Positions 46,924 through 57,137 of a DNA stretch of 64,000 bases are shown one piece after another. Numbering within the stretch: position 1 is the stretch's first letter; each line of letters opens with the position of its first letter. Under the pieces are notes generated by a model, which saw only the letters and a list, made by a program, of their open reading frames with translations, had not been told where the DNA came from and ran no database searches. Position numbers and translations under genes: made by a program. Origin of the DNA: an uncultured archaeon (GTDB taxonomy: Archaea > Hadarchaeota > Hadarchaeia > Hadarchaeales > WYZ-LMO6); assembly GCA_938074535.1 (NCBI GenBank), contig CALJER010000017.1, positions 314 through 64,313 on the forward strand. Direction: 5' to 3'.

Positions 46924-48645
46924 ATGAGCGGGCTGAGCTACAGCGACCGCCCGTGGCTCAAGATTTATGAGCAGATAGGCCTTCCCTACCAGTTCGAGTA
47001 TCCCAAGATACCCCTCTTCGAACTCATCGATCGGGCGGCCGCGGAATACCCCAACAGCAGGTCCATGGTGTACTTTGACAGGGAGTTCACCTACGCCGAT
47101 CTCAAGTCCTGGGTGGACCGCCTGGCCACGGCCCTGAGCGGGAAGATGGGCATAAGGAAGGGAGACGTGGTGGGAGTGCAGCTCTTCAACTCTCCCCAGT
47201 TCCTGATAGGCGTCTACGGGTCCCTGAAGGCCGGGGCCACCGTGGCCCTCATGAGCCCTCTCCTTCCCGCCCAGGAGCTGGAGTACGAACTGAGCACCTC
47301 CGGCGCCAGGGTCCTCCTCACCGACGAGTCCAGGCTGGAGGAAGTGAAGGCCCTGAGGAGCCGAACCAGGCTGGAGCATGTCATCACCACCTCCGTGAAG
47401 GATTTTTCACCCATGGAGGATCCCGTGCCACCCAAGACGGAGGGGGCCCTCCAGCTGCGTGACGTGCTCTCGGGAACCGAGGCCGATCCCCCCAAGGTTG
47501 ATATAAATCCCGTGGAGGATGTGGCCCTCCTCTTCTTCACGGGGGGGACCACGGGCATCCCCAAAGGAGTGATGCTGACCCACTACAACCTGACCACCAA
47601 CATCATCCAGACTTTCGGCCCCACCGCCGCGGGGATGCTGGAACCCAACAAGGGGAACTTCTCGGTGATGGGGTGCCTCCCCTTCTTCCACATCTACGGC
47701 TTCACCTGCGCCATGAACGTGGCCCTCTACTGGGCAGGGTGTCTTCTGCTGGTCCCGGATGCCAGGGACGTGAAGATGATTTACGAGCTGCTGGTGAAGT
47801 ACCGCCCCCTCCTGATGCCAGGAGTACCCACCCAGTTCATGAGGCTCCTCCGAGAGAGGGGGGTGGACCTCTCAGAGCTCAAGGGGTGCGTCCCCTACAG
47901 CGGTGCCGCGGCCCTTCCGCCGGAGATCTCCAAGGAGTACGAAGAGAAGGCAGGGGTGCTGGTCAGCGAGGGCTACGGCCTCTCGGAGACCAGCCCGGTC
48001 ACCCACTCCAACTTCGTGGCCATCCTGAAGGGGGCGGGGCTCGACCTGGGCCTGCCGGTGAAGGTGGGATCCATAGGAATCCCGGTGCCCGACACCGACG
48101 TGAAGATAGTGGACATAGAAACGGGGACCAGGGAAATGCCCGTGGGAGAGCCGGGGGAGATGATCATCAAGGGACCGCAGGTGATGAAGGGCTACTGGCC
48201 CACTCCGGGAAGCGGCCTGAGGGACGGATGGCTCTACACGGGGGATGTGGCCAAGATGGATGAGGACGGGTACTTCTACATCGTGGACCGCACCAAGGAC
48301 ATGATCAACGTCTCCGGCCTGAAGGTGTACGGCAGGGTGGTGGACGACATCCTGTACGAGCACCCGGCCGTGGCCAAGGCGGCGGCCGTGGGGATACCCG
48401 ACCCCGAGCGTCCAGGAAGCGAGAGGGTGAAGGCCTTCATCGAGCTCAAGGAGGGGTACGAGCCCACCGAGGAGCTGAAGGAGGACATCCTAAGGCACTG
48501 CAGGGAGAGGCTTCCTCCCTACGCCGTGCCCAGGTTCGTGGAGTTCAGGAAGGAGCTTCCCCTGACGGTGACCGAAAAGATCTTCAAGAGGAAGCTCAGG
48601 GAAGAGGAAATAGAGAAGATGAAGAAGGCTGGGCTCCTCAAGTAA
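46924..48645 (+). CDS. Long-chain acyl-CoA synthetase (AMP-forming)
   Basis: FTGGTTGIPKG, EGYGLSET, GPQVMKGY, TGD, DRTKD. Confidence 0.92.
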   Translation: MSGLSYSDRPWLKIYEQIGLPYQFEYPKIPLFELIDRAAAEYPNSRSMVYFDREFTYADLKSWVDRLATALSGKMGIRKGDVVGVQLFNSPQFLIGVYGSLKAGATVALMSPLLPAQELEYELSTSGARVLLTDESRLEEVKALRSRTRLEHVITTSVKDFSPMEDPVPPKTEGALQLRDVLSGTEADPPKVDINPVEDVALLFFTGGTTGIPKGVMLTHYNLTTNIIQTFGPTAAGMLEPNKGNFSVMGCLPFFHIYGFTCAMNVALYWAGCLLLVPDARDVKMIYELLVKYRPLLMPGVPTQFMRLLRERGVDLSELKGCVPYSGAAALPPEISKEYEEKAGVLVSEGYGLSETSPVTHSNFVAILKGAGLDLGLPVKVGSIGIPVPDTDVKIVDIETGTREMPVGEPGEMIIKGPQVMKGYWPTPGSGLRDGWLYTGDVAKMDEDGYFYIVDRTKDMINVSGLKVYGRVVDDILYEHPAVAKAAAVGIPDPERPGSERVKAFIELKEGYEPTEELKEDILRHCRERLPPYAVPRFVEFRKELPLTVTEKIFKRKLREEEIEKMKKAGLLK

Positions 48646-48664
48646 AAAGAAAAAAGAGAAAAAG

Positions 48665-49234
48665 TTACACGTACTCGTCCACGAAGATGGTTGGAACCTG
48701 CGAGGCTACCTTGCCCATCTGCTGGGTGGCCTTGATGTACCTCATCACCTTGCTCATGTCCCCCTGCAGCTTCATCTTCCCGGTCAGCACCAGCTTGGTG
48801 GCATCGGTCTCCGCCTTGGCCAGCTTCTTCCAGGACTCGTACCCGCCTATGAGTTTGAAGCCCGCCTGAACCTCGTTGGGATCCTTGAGCAGGCGCATGC
48901 CCGTGCACTTCCCGTCCCTAAGACCAACGTACGTGTAAATGGTCTTGCCCTTCAGGTACTCCCTCATAACCGTCTTGAACTCTTCCTGAATCTTCTTTGC
49001 TTCCTCCACCGGAACTCCAGCCTTCTCGGCCAGCTGCTTGAGCTCGTCCTCCGACATCGTCTCGGCCTTCTGCAGCTTCTCCACCGGTACCTCATCTATC
49101 TGGAAGATGAAGTCTCCGTTCCAGCCCACGCCCCAGCCCTTGCCGGCCTCCTGCATCACCGGATCGCTGTTCAGCTTTCTGACGTACTCCTCGTTCCAAG
49201 CCTGGGTTCCGAAGGCAAACTTAGCCAAACTCAT
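48665..49234 (-). CDS. SCP2 sterol-carrier-domain protein, paralog 1
   Basis: LRDGKC, DATKLVLTGKMKLQGDMSKVMR. Confidence 0.82.
   Translation of the reverse strand: MSLAKFAFGTQAWNEEYVRKLNSDPVMQEAGKGWGVGWNGDFIFQIDEVPVEKLQKAETMSEDELKQLAEKAGVPVEEAKKIQEEFKTVMREYLKGKTIYTYVGLRDGKCTGMRLLKDPNEVQAGFKLIGGYESWKKLAKAETDATKLVLTGKMKLQGDMSKVMRYIKATQQMGKVASQVPTIFVDEYV
48722..48841. repeat. 120-bp near-identical copy of 49379-49498 (SCP2 paralogs)
   Basis: Direct comparison shows one mismatch; also 49095-49155 is identical to 49692-49752. Confidence 0.85.
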
Positions 49235-49321
49235 CCCCCCTTCTGCTGGAGGCTTCTCCCAATAAATAACCTTCGGTGGACGCGCTGGCGATCCTGGGAA
49301 AAAAGAAGAGAAGAGTAAATT

Positions 49322-49819
49322 TCAGACCAGCTCGTCCAGGAACTCAGTGGGAACCTGCGAGGCTATCTTGCCCATCAACTGGGTGGCCTTGATGTACCTC
49401 ATCACCTTGCTCATGTCCCCCTGCAGCTTCATCTTCCCGGTCAGCACCAGCTTGGTGGCATCGGTCTCCCCCTTGGCCAGCTTCTTCCAGGACTCGTAGT
49501 CCCCCACCAGCCTGAAGCCAGCCTGAACCTCGTTGGGGTCCTTCAAAACTTTCGCACCGGTGCACTTCCCATCCTTCAAACCTATCCAGGTATATACCGT
49601 GGTGCCTGCAGCGTACTTCTCCACCATCTCTTTCATGTACTTCTTCAGATCACCCTCAGGAAGCTGCTCGATCTTCTCCACCGGCAGTTTGTCTATCTGG
49701 AAGATGAAGTCTCCGTTCCAGCCCACGCCCCAGCCCTTGCCGGCCTCCTGCAGTTCCTTGCTCTCATTCAGTTTTTTCACGTACTCCTCAAGCCAGTCCG
49801 GCGTCGGAAACGGTACCAT
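49322..49819 (-). CDS. SCP2 sterol-carrier-domain protein, paralog 2
   Basis: FPTPDW, same C-terminal SCP2 signature. Confidence 0.85.
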   Translation of the reverse strand: MVPFPTPDWLEEYVKKLNESKELQEAGKGWGVGWNGDFIFQIDKLPVEKIEQLPEGDLKKYMKEMVEKYAAGTTVYTWIGLKDGKCTGAKVLKDPNEVQAGFRLVGDYESWKKLAKGETDATKLVLTGKMKLQGDMSKVMRYIKATQLMGKIASQVPTEFLDELV

Positions 49820-49861
49820 CGATTCACCCCTTTTTTACCCTTTGCTTTTCGATTCCATCCG

Positions 49862-50494
49862 TTATAAGGCTTTCCCCCCAGCTTCCCCCTGAGGCCTCCT
49901 GCCAAGCAACCTGGGGAGGAGCTTCATCAGGGGGGCCAGCCTCATCGCGTCCGCCACCTTCCCCTTCACCCTGTACCTTCCGCTGAGGGCGCCCCAGATG
50001 GGGTCGAGCCTGCCCGTGAGGAGCCCCACGAGATCGGAGGTTGAGGCCGAGACCGTGAGGTCCGCCCTCATCGCCGTCTTTCCTCCTCCCGAGAGCCTCC
50101 CCCCGCTCACCCTGAAGTGCCCAACCATGGGAGAATCCTCGGCCCTGAAGTTCACGGTGAGGGGCTCCATCTCCAGCAATTTTTGCCTGATCTCCGGGTC
50201 CTGCTCCGCCAGAATCCCCACGCCCTCCCACATGACCTCCAGAAACCTGGAGGAGGCCTGCGGCGCCTCCCTCACGAAGCTCGCCAGGTCCAGCGACTCC
50301 ATCTTCCCCACCATCCTGGAGAGGAGGTCCGGGACCGCCTTCAGGAACTCCCCGATCCCCACGCTCTGGATGGCATCCAACAGGAAGGGGAGGCTGGCCT
50401 TCAGCTCCTCCTCCGAGAGGCTCAGGGCATTTTCCACCACCGACCTCAGGCTCTCCCCCACTCTCCCCGATAGGGTTAATTGCCCCTCACCCAT
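49862..50494 (-). CDS. Protein with helical N-terminus and C-terminal SCP2 domain
   Basis: ADLTV...LLTGRLDPIWGALSGRYRVKG; start ATG 50494 or GTG 50461. Confidence 0.72.
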   Translation of the reverse strand: MGEGQLTLSGRVGESLRSVVENALSLSEEELKASLPFLLDAIQSVGIGEFLKAVPDLLSRMVGKMESLDLASFVREAPQASSRFLEVMWEGVGILAEQDPEIRQKLLEMEPLTVNFRAEDSPMVGHFRVSGGRLSGGGKTAMRADLTVSASTSDLVGLLTGRLDPIWGALSGRYRVKGKVADAMRLAPLMKLLPRLLGRRPQGEAGGKAL

Positions 50495-50503
50495 TTTACT
50501 TTT

Positions 50504-51715
50504 GTGGAGAAGGGCAGGCTGGGCGCTCTGCTGATGTGCGCGGCCATCTTCGCAGGGGGAGGGACTATAGGCTCCCTCGCCCCCACCTTCCTCCTCATGA
50601 TGGAGGATTTGAAAACCGATCCTCTCCGGATGGGTTTTCTGGCCTCCGCCCCCCTCCTGGGTCTTTCCCTGCTCGGCCTCTCCCTCATGCTCTGGTGGAA
50701 AAGGCTCGTCACAAGAGAGGGCTTCGGAAGGATGGTGGCCCTGCTGATGGCGGGCACATCCCTCTCCGGGTTTTCCGCTCTTTCCAAGAACCTCTGGGTT
50801 CTGGGTGTGAGCAGGATCCTGCTGGGGACCTGCAGCATGGGCCTCGTCCTCCTCCTGCTGGTGCTGAGCCTGGAGTGGTTCCTGGAGGAGGTGAACCTGA
50901 CGGTGGTCATGGGCCTCGTTTCCCTGCTGCTGGGAACGCTCGTCTCCTCCTTCTTCGGCTCCCTGCTCACCCAGCTGCTGGGTGGGTGGGAGAAGATTCC
51001 CCTTCTCTTCGGCGTGCTGGCGGGAGGATCCCTCCTCCTCTGGCTCCTCCTGGGGCCCTTCCTGCGCCCCTCTCTCCAGGATGGTGGAACCCCTGAGGGG
51101 GGGGCCTTCCGGGTGCTCAAGAACCCCGCCCTCCTCTTTTCCTCCCTCATCCTCTACACCCTGCTGGCCTATCTCGGGGCCTTCTCTTTCATCTTCGTGG
51201 TGCTCCCGGGAAGCTGGGACCTCGCCCTCACCAGCAAGGAGATGACCTTCTCCGCTCCCTTCTACGTAGCCGCGGGGGCTCATTCCCTGCTGGTGGCCCT
51301 CGCCGCTCCCCTCTTTCTTCTCCTGAGCAGGGACAGGGGAAAGAGAAGGCTGATGTGCCTGGGTTCCGGTCTGCTGTCCCCCCTCTTCGGCCTCCTCGCC
51401 TTCAACCTCCCCTTCTCGGGAGGATGGATGGTCCTCTCCTTGGAAGCCGTGGCTCTGGCCCTCCTCCAGCTCTCCGTCCTCCTCCCCTTCTGGGTGCTGC
51501 AGCTCCAGGAGCTCCCCGGAGTGGACCTGGAGAACTTCGTCCCCTCGATGGGGGGCATCCTGCTCCTCTCCGGAGCGATGGGGGGTCTGGCCACCTTCGC
51601 CACGGGGTGGGCTCTTCACCACAGCTGGCTCGCCTTCAGGATTGTGGTGAACCTTCTCGTCCTCAGCTGGGGAGCGAGTGCCCTGGGGGGGTACCTTCTC
51701 AGAGGGGAGGAGTAA
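50504..51715 (+). CDS. MFS-like transporter
   Basis: About 12 hydrophobic segments, SRILLG, LEWF. Confidence 0.7.
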   Translation: MEKGRLGALLMCAAIFAGGGTIGSLAPTFLLMMEDLKTDPLRMGFLASAPLLGLSLLGLSLMLWWKRLVTREGFGRMVALLMAGTSLSGFSALSKNLWVLGVSRILLGTCSMGLVLLLLVLSLEWFLEEVNLTVVMGLVSLLLGTLVSSFFGSLLTQLLGGWEKIPLLFGVLAGGSLLLWLLLGPFLRPSLQDGGTPEGGAFRVLKNPALLFSSLILYTLLAYLGAFSFIFVVLPGSWDLALTSKEMTFSAPFYVAAGAHSLLVALAAPLFLLLSRDRGKRRLMCLGSGLLSPLFGLLAFNLPFSGGWMVLSLEAVALALLQLSVLLPFWVLQLQELPGVDLENFVPSMGGILLLSGAMGGLATFATGWALHHSWLAFRIVVNLLVLSWGASALGGYLLRGEE

Positions 51716-51752
51716 ACTTTTTTATCTACGCTCCGCAAGAAGGAAGGTCGAG

Positions 51753-53609
51753 TTGTTCGGCTGCATGGGAAAAATCCTGAGGGTGGACCTCTCCCTGGGC
51801 AAAGTGGTCGAAGAAGAAATAAAGGAGGGAGAGGTCAGGAGGTTCCTCGGCTGCCGGGGACTGGGGGCCCGCTACCTCTTCGAGGTGAGAAAAGGCGTGG
51901 ATCCCCTGGGGCCGGAAAACAAGCTCATCTTCATGACCGGCGTCCTCACCGGCACCGGCTTCCCCACCGCAGGGAGGTACGATGTGGTGGCCAAATCCCC
52001 GCAGACCGGCTTTTACGGCCACGCCAACTCCGCGGGGCTCTGGGGAGTCGACTTCAAGCGCACGGGTTTCGACGGGATCATCTTCGAGCGGATCTCCCCC
52101 AGGCCCGTCTACCTGCTGGTGGAGGACGGAAGGGCAGAGCTCAGGGATGCGGGGCACCTTTGGGGCAAGGGGGTGCACGAGACCACCAGGATGCTGAAGG
52201 AAGAACTGGGGGAGAAGTTCAACGTGGCCGCGATAGGGCCCGCCGGGGAGAACCTGGTGAGGTACGCCTCCATCCTCAACGACTACAACAGGGCGGCCGG
52301 CAGGTGCGGCATGGGAGCGGTGATGGGTGCGAAGAGATTGAAGGCGGTGGCCGCGAGGGGTTCGAGGAAGGTGGAGGTGGCGGACCCGGAAAAGCTGAAG
52401 GAGCTGACCAGGGAGGCCATAGAGTCGGCCAACCAGAGCATGCTGAAGACCAGCTTGGAGACCTTCGGAACCAACTCGGGCTTCGACCTGGTGAACGCCG
52501 TGGGTGGAATGCCCACCAGGAACTGGCAGGAGGGGGTTTTCCCCGCAGGGGACAAGATCAACGGACCCTCCCTGGCCGATAAGGTGCTGGTGGGGACGAA
52601 AGGATGCTACGTCTGCCCCATCCACTGCGCCAGGCTCTCGGAGGTGAAGAGCGGCCCCTACGCCTGCAAAACGGAGGGACCGGAGTACGAATCGGTGGGG
52701 GCCCTTGGATCCATGTGCGGGGTGGACAGCATGGAGGCCATCACCTACGCCCACAACCTCTGCAACGATTACGGGATGGACACCATATCCGCGGGCAGCA
52801 GCATAGCCTTCGCCATGGAGTGCTTCGAGAAGGGCATCCTGACGAGGGAGGACACGGGAGGGTTGGAGCTACGGTTCGGGGACGCGGACCTTCTGGTCAG
52901 GCTCGTACACATGATAGCCCGCAGGGAGGGAATAGGGAACCTGCTGGCGGAGGGGACAAAGAGGATGTCGGAGAAACTGGGGAAGGGATCGGAGAGGTTC
53001 GCCATGCACTCCAAGGGGCTGGAGCTCGCGGCCTACGATCCCAGGGCGGCCAAGATCGTGGGGCTCTCCTACGCCACCTCCAACCGGGGAGGGTGCCACA
53101 TCAACGCCTACGTGCAGCTCCAGGCCTTCATAGGGGCACCCCAGCCCCTCCTCCCCGAGGATATAAGGGATCCCTTCTTCGATCCGCTCTCCGAGGACCC
53201 CATCCTGGGGAGGGTGGTGAAGGAGACGGAGGACGCATACGCGGCCGTGGAGGCCCTGGGGATGTGCAAGTTCCTGGGCTGGATGCTCACGGCCGACAAG
53301 GTGGCGGAGGTCGTCTCCGCCGCCGCGGGCTGGAAGGACTTCGACGAGAGGGAGTTCAGGAAGTGCGGGGAGAGGATTTACAACCTGGAGAGGATGTTCA
53401 ACGTGAGGGAGGGCCTCAACCGTTCCCACGACTCCCTCCCCAAGCGCCTGCTGGAGGAGCCGCAACCCTCGGGACCCGCCGCCGGACAGGTGGTCCATCT
53501 CGAGCCCATGCTGGACGCCTACTACCGGTACCGGGGATGGGACAGGAACGGGATACCCACCAGGGAGAAGCTGGCCGAACTGGAGCTGCTGGACCTGCCC
53601 ATGGGCTGA
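51753..53609 (+). CDS. Aldehyde:ferredoxin oxidoreductase family (tungsten)
   Basis: GKILRVDLS, KSPQTG, IGPAGE, AAGRCGMGAVMG, CYVCPIHC, GPEYES, RGGCH; TTG start. Confidence 0.93.
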   Translation: MFGCMGKILRVDLSLGKVVEEEIKEGEVRRFLGCRGLGARYLFEVRKGVDPLGPENKLIFMTGVLTGTGFPTAGRYDVVAKSPQTGFYGHANSAGLWGVDFKRTGFDGIIFERISPRPVYLLVEDGRAELRDAGHLWGKGVHETTRMLKEELGEKFNVAAIGPAGENLVRYASILNDYNRAAGRCGMGAVMGAKRLKAVAARGSRKVEVADPEKLKELTREAIESANQSMLKTSLETFGTNSGFDLVNAVGGMPTRNWQEGVFPAGDKINGPSLADKVLVGTKGCYVCPIHCARLSEVKSGPYACKTEGPEYESVGALGSMCGVDSMEAITYAHNLCNDYGMDTISAGSSIAFAMECFEKGILTREDTGGLELRFGDADLLVRLVHMIARREGIGNLLAEGTKRMSEKLGKGSERFAMHSKGLELAAYDPRAAKIVGLSYATSNRGGCHINAYVQLQAFIGAPQPLLPEDIRDPFFDPLSEDPILGRVVKETEDAYAAVEALGMCKFLGWMLTADKVAEVVSAAAGWKDFDEREFRKCGERIYNLERMFNVREGLNRSHDSLPKRLLEEPQPSGPAAGQVVHLEPMLDAYYRYRGWDRNGIPTREKLAELELLDLPMG

Positions 53610-53619
53610 GGGACGAGCG

Positions 53620-55536
53620 ATGACCCCCTTTCCCACCCTCTTTTCTCCCCTCTCCATAGGCCGAATGACGGTCAGGAACCGCATCGTGATGCCCGCCCTC
53701 ACCACCGGCTACGCCTTCGGGGAGGTCACGGATCAGCTGAAGCGCTACTTCGAGGCCAGGGCGAGGGGAGGGGCGGGACTGATCGTGGTGGGGATAGTCG
53801 CGGTGGAAAAGGGGATGGAGTACGTGATCTCCGCTGCCGACGACTCCTACCTCCCCGGGCTGAGGGAGCTGGCGGAAGCCATCCACGCCCACGGCGCCAG
53901 GGCCGCCCTGCAGCTCTGGCACCCGGGAAGGTACGAGTTCGTGGAACTCACGGGGAGGGAACCCGTTTCCGCCTCCGATGTTCCTCCCCCCATCTTCAGC
54001 CGTGCGAAGCCCAGGGCCCTCACCGTCCCGGAGATCAGGAGGATAGAGGAGGAGTTCGCGCAGGCGGCAGGGAGGACGAAGGAGGCCGGCTTCGACGCGG
54101 TGGAGTTCATAGGCTCCGCGGGCTACCTGATAAGCCAGTTCCTCTCCCCCGTCACCAACCGGCGGACCGATGGGTACGGCGGGTCCCTGGAAAACAGGAT
54201 GAGATTCCTGCTGGAGATCGTGGACCTCACCAAGGAAACCGTGGGAAGGGACTTTCCGCTCATGTGCCGCCTCTCTGGGGACGAGCTCATCCCGGGGGGC
54301 AATACGCTGAGGGAGATGAAGGTGGTGGCCAGGGCGCTGGCGGAGGCAGGCATCTCGGCCATCAACGTGACCGCAGGGTGGCACGAGTCCAGGGTCCCCA
54401 TGATCACCATGGAGGTTCCCAGGGGAGGATACGTGTATCTGGCGGAGGGGATCAAGGAGGCCCTGAAGGGGACGGAGGTGAGGGTGGCCGCCAGCAACCG
54501 GATCAACGAACCCGCCCTCGCCGAGAGAATCCTGAGGGAGGGAAGGGCGGACCTGATCTCCATGGGAAGGGCGCTGGTGGCTGACCCCGACTTCCCCAGG
54601 AAGGCCCAGGAGGGGAGGACGGATGAAATCGTCACCTGCATCGGATGCTGCCAGGGATGCTTCGACAGGCTCTTCGAGGGCAGGCCCCTGACCTGCATGG
54701 TCAACCCCGGGGTGGGGAGGGAGGGGGAGGTGAGGATGGAGCCCGCGGGAAGGAAGAAGAGGGTGCTGGTGGTGGGGGGAGGACCGGGAGGGCTGAAGGC
54801 CGCGGAGACGGCCGCCCTCCGGGGACACCAGGTGATCCTGTGCGAGGAGGATGGAGAACTGGGGGGGCAGCTCAACCTGGCCTCCGTCACCCCCGGGAGG
54901 GAGGAACTGGGAACCGCGGTGAGGGAGCTGGCCCTGCGTGTCAGGAAGGCTGGGGTGGAGGTGAGGCTGAGAACCAGGGTGGATGCCGGGATGGTGGAGG
55001 AAGTGGGGCCCGATGCCGTGGTGGTGGCCACCGGTGCCCTGCCCATCGTGCCTCCCTTCCCTGGCGTGGACCTCCCCCACGTCTCGCAGGCCTGGGAGGT
55101 CCTGGCGGGGAAGGAAGTGGGAAAGAGGGTGGTGGTCGTGGGGGGAGGCGGGGTGGGGTGCTACACCGCGCACTACCTCTCCTCGAGGGGGAGGGAGGTG
55201 ACGCTGGTGGAGATGCTGGAGAAGGTGGCGGGAGATGTGGGGATTACCACCCGCTGGATCCTGAGGGAGAACCTGAAGAAGGGAGGGGTGAAGATCTTCA
55301 CCTCGACCAAGGTGAAGGAAATCAGGCCGGAGGGGGTGGTGGCCACAAGGGGTGAGGGGGAGGAGGTCTTCCCCGCCGACTCGGTGGTGCTGGCCGTGGG
55401 CTCCAGGCCCAACTCCGCCCTGGCGGAGGAGCTGAAAGGGAGGGTGGAGGAGCTCTACCTCGTGGGGGACTGCTCCCAGCCCAGGAAGGCCCTGGAGGCC
55501 ATCCAGGAGGGGTGGGAGGTGGGTCTCAGGCTCTGA
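53620..55536 (+). CDS. FadH-like 2,4-dienoyl-CoA reductase (OYE-like + Fe-S + FAD/NADPH)
   Basis: NRIVMP, GSAGYLISQF, GWHESRVP, CIGCCQGC...CMVNP, two GxGxxG motifs. Confidence 0.85.
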   Translation: MTPFPTLFSPLSIGRMTVRNRIVMPALTTGYAFGEVTDQLKRYFEARARGGAGLIVVGIVAVEKGMEYVISAADDSYLPGLRELAEAIHAHGARAALQLWHPGRYEFVELTGREPVSASDVPPPIFSRAKPRALTVPEIRRIEEEFAQAAGRTKEAGFDAVEFIGSAGYLISQFLSPVTNRRTDGYGGSLENRMRFLLEIVDLTKETVGRDFPLMCRLSGDELIPGGNTLREMKVVARALAEAGISAINVTAGWHESRVPMITMEVPRGGYVYLAEGIKEALKGTEVRVAASNRINEPALAERILREGRADLISMGRALVADPDFPRKAQEGRTDEIVTCIGCCQGCFDRLFEGRPLTCMVNPGVGREGEVRMEPAGRKKRVLVVGGGPGGLKAAETAALRGHQVILCEEDGELGGQLNLASVTPGREELGTAVRELALRVRKAGVEVRLRTRVDAGMVEEVGPDAVVVATGALPIVPPFPGVDLPHVSQAWEVLAGKEVGKRVVVVGGGGVGCYTAHYLSSRGREVTLVEMLEKVAGDVGITTRWILRENLKKGGVKIFTSTKVKEIRPEGVVATRGEGEEVFPADSVVLAVGSRPNSALAEELKGRVEELYLVGDCSQPRKALEAIQEGWEVGLRL

Positions 55537-56704
55537 TTTTCCCCACCCTGGAAAGGAAAGCGGAGAAGAGAGAAATCAGGCAGAAAGCGGCCCCCAGGAA
55601 GAGGAAGGCCGGGTCGTGTCCCCTCTTGGAGAGGGGGCTGAAGATGGCCACCGTCAGGAGGAGGCCTCCCAGATTGCCGGAGGTGAGGACCACGCCGGAG
55701 GCCCCCCCGCTGTACCTGGGCCCCACCTCGGGGAGGAGAGGGGGATAGGCCAGCAGGAGGGGGGGAATGCCGCCTGCCATCAGCCCTCCCGCGAACACCA
55801 GCAGCCAGGTCTGGAGACCGTAGGCCTCGAACCAGGCCAGGAAGAGGAGGGGACCGGAGGTGAGGGAACACAGGACGAGGAAGGTCCTGAACCTGCCCGT
55901 CCGGTCGGCGAGGGGAGGCCATACCAGGTTCCCCACCACCATCCCCACCACGGCGAGGGCGGAGAGGGCTCCGGCCTCACCGGCGCCCACCCCGAAGACT
56001 TCCTGAACGGCGTGGGTGAGGCCCCCCGTGTAGGAGACGAAGGCCCCCAGGAAGAAGAACTGGGAAAGGGCCAGCAGCCACACATTCCTGCTCCTGGCGG
56101 CGCGGGAAAGGCTCTCCCGAAGGGGCACTCCCCGGTGCCTTCCCTGCGGGGGCTCCCTGGCGAAGAGGAGCCAGAAGAGGGAGGAGAGGAGCATTCCCAT
56201 TCCCGTGCAGAGGAAAGCCCATTTCCAGGAGGGGAAGAGGGCCCCCGTGAAGAGCCCGGCCGAGATCCCCAGCCCCATGGAGCTGACGTAAATCCCCGAG
56301 GCCGCACCGGTCTCCCCCTCGGGGAACCACTCCCCCACCATCTTCGGGAGGTTGGGCACCACCAGGCCCATGGAGGCCCCCACCAGGAAGGTCAGGGACC
56401 AGAGGAGGGGGAAGCCCGTGGAAAGGGCCCTCGCCGTCCCCACCACCGAGCCGAGCAGGATGCCCGCCAGAACCGTCCTCCTCACCCCAAGCCTGTCCCC
56501 CACCGCTCCCCCCGGTATGCTGCTCAGGGCGGCCGCCAGCGTGGGAGCGGTGAGGAGGAGATAGAGCTGATCGGTGGAGAGGCCCAGGGAGGAGGAGAGC
56601 TCCTCCTCCAGAGGGGGGAGGATGTACCAGCCGTAGTTCACGAAGAAGATCACGAACCAGGCCACCGCCAGGATGACCCACCGGTAGGGTGAAGCTTTCA
56701 ACAT
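55526..56704 (-). CDS. MFS transporter (CynX-like)
   Basis: YRWVIL, GGAVGDRLGVRR, LADRTGR. Confidence 0.88.
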   Translation of the reverse strand: MLKASPYRWVILAVAWFVIFFVNYGWYILPPLEEELSSSLGLSTDQLYLLLTAPTLAAALSSIPGGAVGDRLGVRRTVLAGILLGSVVGTARALSTGFPLLWSLTFLVGASMGLVVPNLPKMVGEWFPEGETGAASGIYVSSMGLGISAGLFTGALFPSWKWAFLCTGMGMLLSSLFWLLFAREPPQGRHRGVPLRESLSRAARSRNVWLLALSQFFFLGAFVSYTGGLTHAVQEVFGVGAGEAGALSALAVVGMVVGNLVWPPLADRTGRFRTFLVLCSLTSGPLLFLAWFEAYGLQTWLLVFAGGLMAGGIPPLLLAYPPLLPEVGPRYSGGASGVVLTSGNLGGLLLTVAIFSPLSKRGHDPAFLFLGAAFCLISLFSAFLSRVGKIRA

Positions 56705-56768
56705 TACCCCCTGGGTCTGCTCCCTTTTATCCGATGTCCTCGAGCTTTAACCTGGGAGGGGGAAGGGC

Positions 56769-57134
56769 GTGAGGTCCTTCAGGTACAAGCAGGTGGTGGT
56801 GGTGAGGGAGGACCTGCCCATGAGCAGGGGGAAGCTCGCCGCACAGGTGGCCCACGGCGCGGTGCTGGGGGCGGAGGAGTGCAGGAGGAAGAGGGAGGAG
56901 TGGTTCAGGGAGTGGATGGGGGAGGGACAGAGGAAGGTGGTGGTTTCGGTTCCGGGGGAGGGGGAGCTGAGGGAGCTCCTCAGGGAAGCCCTGGAGCTGG
57001 GGCTGCCGGCGGGGCTGGTGGAGGACGCCGGGCTGACGGAGCTCCCTCCCGGGACGGTCACGGTGCTGGCGGTGGGGCCGGCGCCCTCCGAGCTGGTGGA
57101 CAGGGTGACGGGAAAACTTCCCCTGCTGAGGTGA
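56769..57134 (+). CDS. Peptidyl-tRNA hydrolase Pth2
   Basis: KQVVVVR.DL.MSRGKLAAQVAH, DAGLTELPPGT, TGKLPLL. Confidence 0.95.
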   Translation: MRSFRYKQVVVVREDLPMSRGKLAAQVAHGAVLGAEECRRKREEWFREWMGEGQRKVVVSVPGEGELRELLREALELGLPAGLVEDAGLTELPPGTVTVLAVGPAPSELVDRVTGKLPLLR

Positions 57135-57137
57135 GGA

